64,000 bases of DNA from Desulfatiglandales bacterium (GTDB lineage: Bacteria; Desulfobacterota; DSM-4660; Desulfatiglandales; HGW-15). Position 1 is the stretch's first letter. Every line of letters begins with the position of its first letter. The stretch spans positions 1,728,001-1,792,000 of the forward strand of contig CAXXJJ010000001.1 of the NCBI GenBank assembly GCA_963667015.2, given 5' to 3'. Both the position numbers and the translations under genes were made by a program. The notes below the pieces were generated by a model. The model was not told the origin of the DNA and did not search any database. It saw nothing but the letters and a program-made list of their open reading frames with translations. Below, one piece after another: positions 61,435-64,000 of this stretch.

Positions 61435-63753
61435 ATGAACATATCAAATGATTCGGAAAAACTGAAGATTGACAGGGTTAAAAAGGCTTTGCATCAGAAT
61501 CCTGTTGCAATTGGTGTTACGGTATTGAATTCATTCATTCTTGTAATTTTCCTGGTAGGTTTGACACCTGCGTCACATCTGGTGATATGGCTGTCCGCGG
61601 TTCTCCTGATTAATCTAATACGAGTCCTGATTCAGCACAATTTCTATAAAAAGGAGATAAAATCTGATAATGTCAACCTGTACCTGAACATCTTTCTGGC
61701 AACATTATTCGTTTCGGGATGTGTGTGGGGATCTGCCGGGATATTTCTCCTGCCTGATTCCTCAATAGCACACCAGGTATTTATAGCATTTATGCTTGGT
61801 GGTATGATAGCCGGATCGGTTGGTGTTTTCACATCTGTTATAGGAACCTTTTTTTGCTTTAGTATCCCGGTAGCTCTTCCTATAACTATCACATTTTTCC
61901 GGTATGAAGATAATATCCATTTTGCCATGGGGCTGATGCTTTCTATTTTCTGGCTTGTAATGCTGATGACAGCAAAAAAGCTGAATAATGAAGTGATCGA
62001 ATTTTTTTGCCTCAAATATGAAAATGCAGACCTTATTTCCAGTCTGGAGGCTGAGGTTGGTGAAAGAAAACTGGCTGAAGAAAGGCTCATCCGGAGAAAT
62101 AATGAGATAGAAAGTATAGTGGAAGAACGGACGGCTGAACTCAGTAGTGTAAACGAACAGCTCCTGAAAGAAATTGATGAGAGAAAGGAAGTTACCGATG
62201 CCCTGAAAAGAAGTGAGGCAAAGTACAGGGAACTGGCTAATTCACTTCCTCAGATTGTATTTGAAGCTGATGAAAATGGTAATGTAATTTTTGCAAACAG
62301 AAACGCTTTTAAGGCGTTCGGCTATGATGTTTCTGATTTTGAAAATGGATTTAATCTGCTGGAGATGATAGCGCCCGATGAAAGAGAAAGGGCCTCAGTG
62401 AGTTTAAAAAAAATCCTGGATGGTGAAAAATCCATTGGCAGTGAATATACAGCTGTTAGAAAAGACGGTTCAACCTTCCCTATTTTATCCCATACCGATG
62501 CTACAAAGAAGGATAATAAAATAGTTGGTCTTCTGGGTGTGGTTATTGACCTCACTCAGAAAAAGCTCAAGGAAGAAAAGCAGCGGGAGCTGGAGGCTCA
62601 GCTTCAACGCGCCCAGAAAATGGAAGCGCTCGGAACACTTGCAGGAGGTGTGGCACACGATCTCAATAATATACTTGCAGGAGTTGTAGGTTATCCTGAT
62701 CTTCTGCTGATGCAGCTTCCCGAGGACAGCCCGTTCCGGAAGCCTATCCAGGTAATGCAGGAATCAGGGAAAAAAGCAGCCGCAATTGTTGAGGACCTTT
62801 TGACCCTGACAAGAAGGAATGTCATTGTTGATAAGATTGTAAACCTCAATGATATTATAAAAGAATACCTGAACAGTCCGGAATACGAAAAACTCATGTC
62901 ATATCACAGCTCAGTCAGGCTAACTGTTGACCTTGATATTGATCTGCTGAATATTTCAGGATCACCCATCCATTTGACAAAAACTGTTATGAATCTGATT
63001 TCAAATGCGGCAGAGGCATTGCCCGATGGAGGAAAGATAACCATAACAACAGAGAATAGATATCTTGACGAGCCTTTAAGGGGCTATGATGAGGTTTCCG
63101 AAGGCGACTATGCTGTAGTTAGAATATCGGATACCGGTACAGGGATATCATCAGTTGATATGGAAAGGATATTTGAGCCTTTTTTTACAAAGAAAACAAT
63201 GGGAAAGAGCGGTACAGGGCTTGGCATGACAGTGGTATGGGGAGCTGTAAAAGATCATAACGGGTACATAGATGTTCAGAGTGCCGAAAATGTCGGTACT
63301 ACCTTTACCATCTTTTTTCCTGTAACCAGGGCGGATATCCCGGATAATGTAAGTGATGATGATTTGACTGTTTACCGTGGTAAAGGGGAGACTGTTCTGG
63401 TTGTTGATGATGTAGAGGCACAGATCAATATCGCCAGCGCCATGCTGGAGCAACTTGGATACAAAGCTTCAGCGGTTTCAAGCGGTGAAGAGGCAATCAG
63501 CTATTTAAAACATCATAAACCTGACCTTGTTATACTTGATATGATTATGCCGCCCGGCATGGATGGCATGGTTACTTATAAAAAGATACTTGAAATAAAT
63601 CCCGGTCAAAAGGCTGTCATAGCAAGCGGATTTTCTGAGACCAGGCGGGTAAAAGAGACACTGGCAATGGGGGCAGGCTCTTATATAAAAAAACCTTACA
63701 CCCTTGTTACTCTGGCGATGGCGGTCAGGAAAGAACTTGATAAATCTAATTAA
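61435..63753 (+). CDS. Membrane-bound PAS hybrid histidine kinase with C-terminal receiver
   Basis: About 6 TMs, coiled coil, PAS, GTLAGGVAHDLNN, DTGTGI, GTGLG, LDMIMP. Confidence 0.92.
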   Translation: MNISNDSEKLKIDRVKKALHQNPVAIGVTVLNSFILVIFLVGLTPASHLVIWLSAVLLINLIRVLIQHNFYKKEIKSDNVNLYLNIFLATLFVSGCVWGSAGIFLLPDSSIAHQVFIAFMLGGMIAGSVGVFTSVIGTFFCFSIPVALPITITFFRYEDNIHFAMGLMLSIFWLVMLMTAKKLNNEVIEFFCLKYENADLISSLEAEVGERKLAEERLIRRNNEIESIVEERTAELSSVNEQLLKEIDERKEVTDALKRSEAKYRELANSLPQIVFEADENGNVIFANRNAFKAFGYDVSDFENGFNLLEMIAPDERERASVSLKKILDGEKSIGSEYTAVRKDGSTFPILSHTDATKKDNKIVGLLGVVIDLTQKKLKEEKQRELEAQLQRAQKMEALGTLAGGVAHDLNNILAGVVGYPDLLLMQLPEDSPFRKPIQVMQESGKKAAAIVEDLLTLTRRNVIVDKIVNLNDIIKEYLNSPEYEKLMSYHSSVRLTVDLDIDLLNISGSPIHLTKTVMNLISNAAEALPDGGKITITTENRYLDEPLRGYDEVSEGDYAVVRISDTGTGISSVDMERIFEPFFTKKTMGKSGTGLGMTVVWGAVKDHNGYIDVQSAENVGTTFTIFFPVTRADIPDNVSDDDLTVYRGKGETVLVVDDVEAQINIASAMLEQLGYKASAVSSGEEAISYLKHHKPDLVILDMIMPPGMDGMVTYKKILEINPGQKAVIASGFSETRRVKETLAMGAGSYIKKPYTLVTLAMAVRKELDKSN

Positions 63754-63761
63754 CCGGATCT

Positions 63762-64000
63762 TTACCTGTTTTGAAGGTGATATTTAAACTTCATATCTTC
63801 CTTGAGAATATGCATGACCAGCCAGTCGGTTAAGAATTTTTCAACCTCAATAAGCGGATCATACTCACCTTTGCTAAACCGTTCATTAAGATAAAAAATA
63901 TCCTTAACGAGAACTTCATGAGTTTCACTGTGTTTTTTCAGATCTTCTTCGGGAAAGTTTTTCTTTTGAAGAATTTTTTCTTCTTCATCAAAGTGAAGTT
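63762..64000 (-). CDS. Bacteriohemerythrin domain (3' end; gene starts beyond window)
   Basis: Read manually: LHFDEEE...KKHSETH...DWLVMHILKEDMKF; matches hemerythrin HFxxEE, HxxxH and WLxxHIxxxD motifs. Confidence 0.88.
   Translation of the reverse strand, partial: LHFDEEEKILQKKNFPEEDLKKHSETHEVLVKDIFYLNERFSKGEYDPLIEVEKFLTDWLVMHILKEDMKFKYHLQNR

Overview
AT-rich bacterial chromosome segment, most consistent with a sulfate-reducing Desulfobacterota member (qmoB/qmoC, Geobacter-type pilin, sigma-54 systems). 1-7 kb: qmoB 3' end, qmoC, housekeeping and hypothetical genes, ndk and a small MamI-like membrane protein. 7.5-37.7 kb: core transcription/translation cluster (5 tRNAs, tuf, rpmG, secE-nusG-rplKAJL-rpoBC, rpsLG, a second near-identical tuf, S10-spc-alpha operons). 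It lacks fusA, adk, map and infA and uses many TTG starts. 37.8-41.5 kb: pyrB-pyrC behind a probable pyrL-type attenuator, with pyrC overlapping a PilR-like sigma-54 activator. 41.5-53.1 kb is the most interesting part: an aromatic- and Ser/Thr-rich type IVa pilin followed by an AT-rich cassette of two TMTC-like GT-C/TPR glycosyltransferases, a YfhO GT-C, two polyprenyl-phosphate-sugar synthase-like GT2s, a flippase-like protein and two SAM methyltransferases, with manA nearby. This is a candidate lipid-linked pilin O-glycosylation/methylation system. 53-64 kb: ferredoxin, manA, cNMP-PilZ protein, a FliM-N-peptide protein, hybrid kinases, REC-TPR, coaE and a hemerythrin 3' end. All assignments come from motif recognition by eye; no searches were run.
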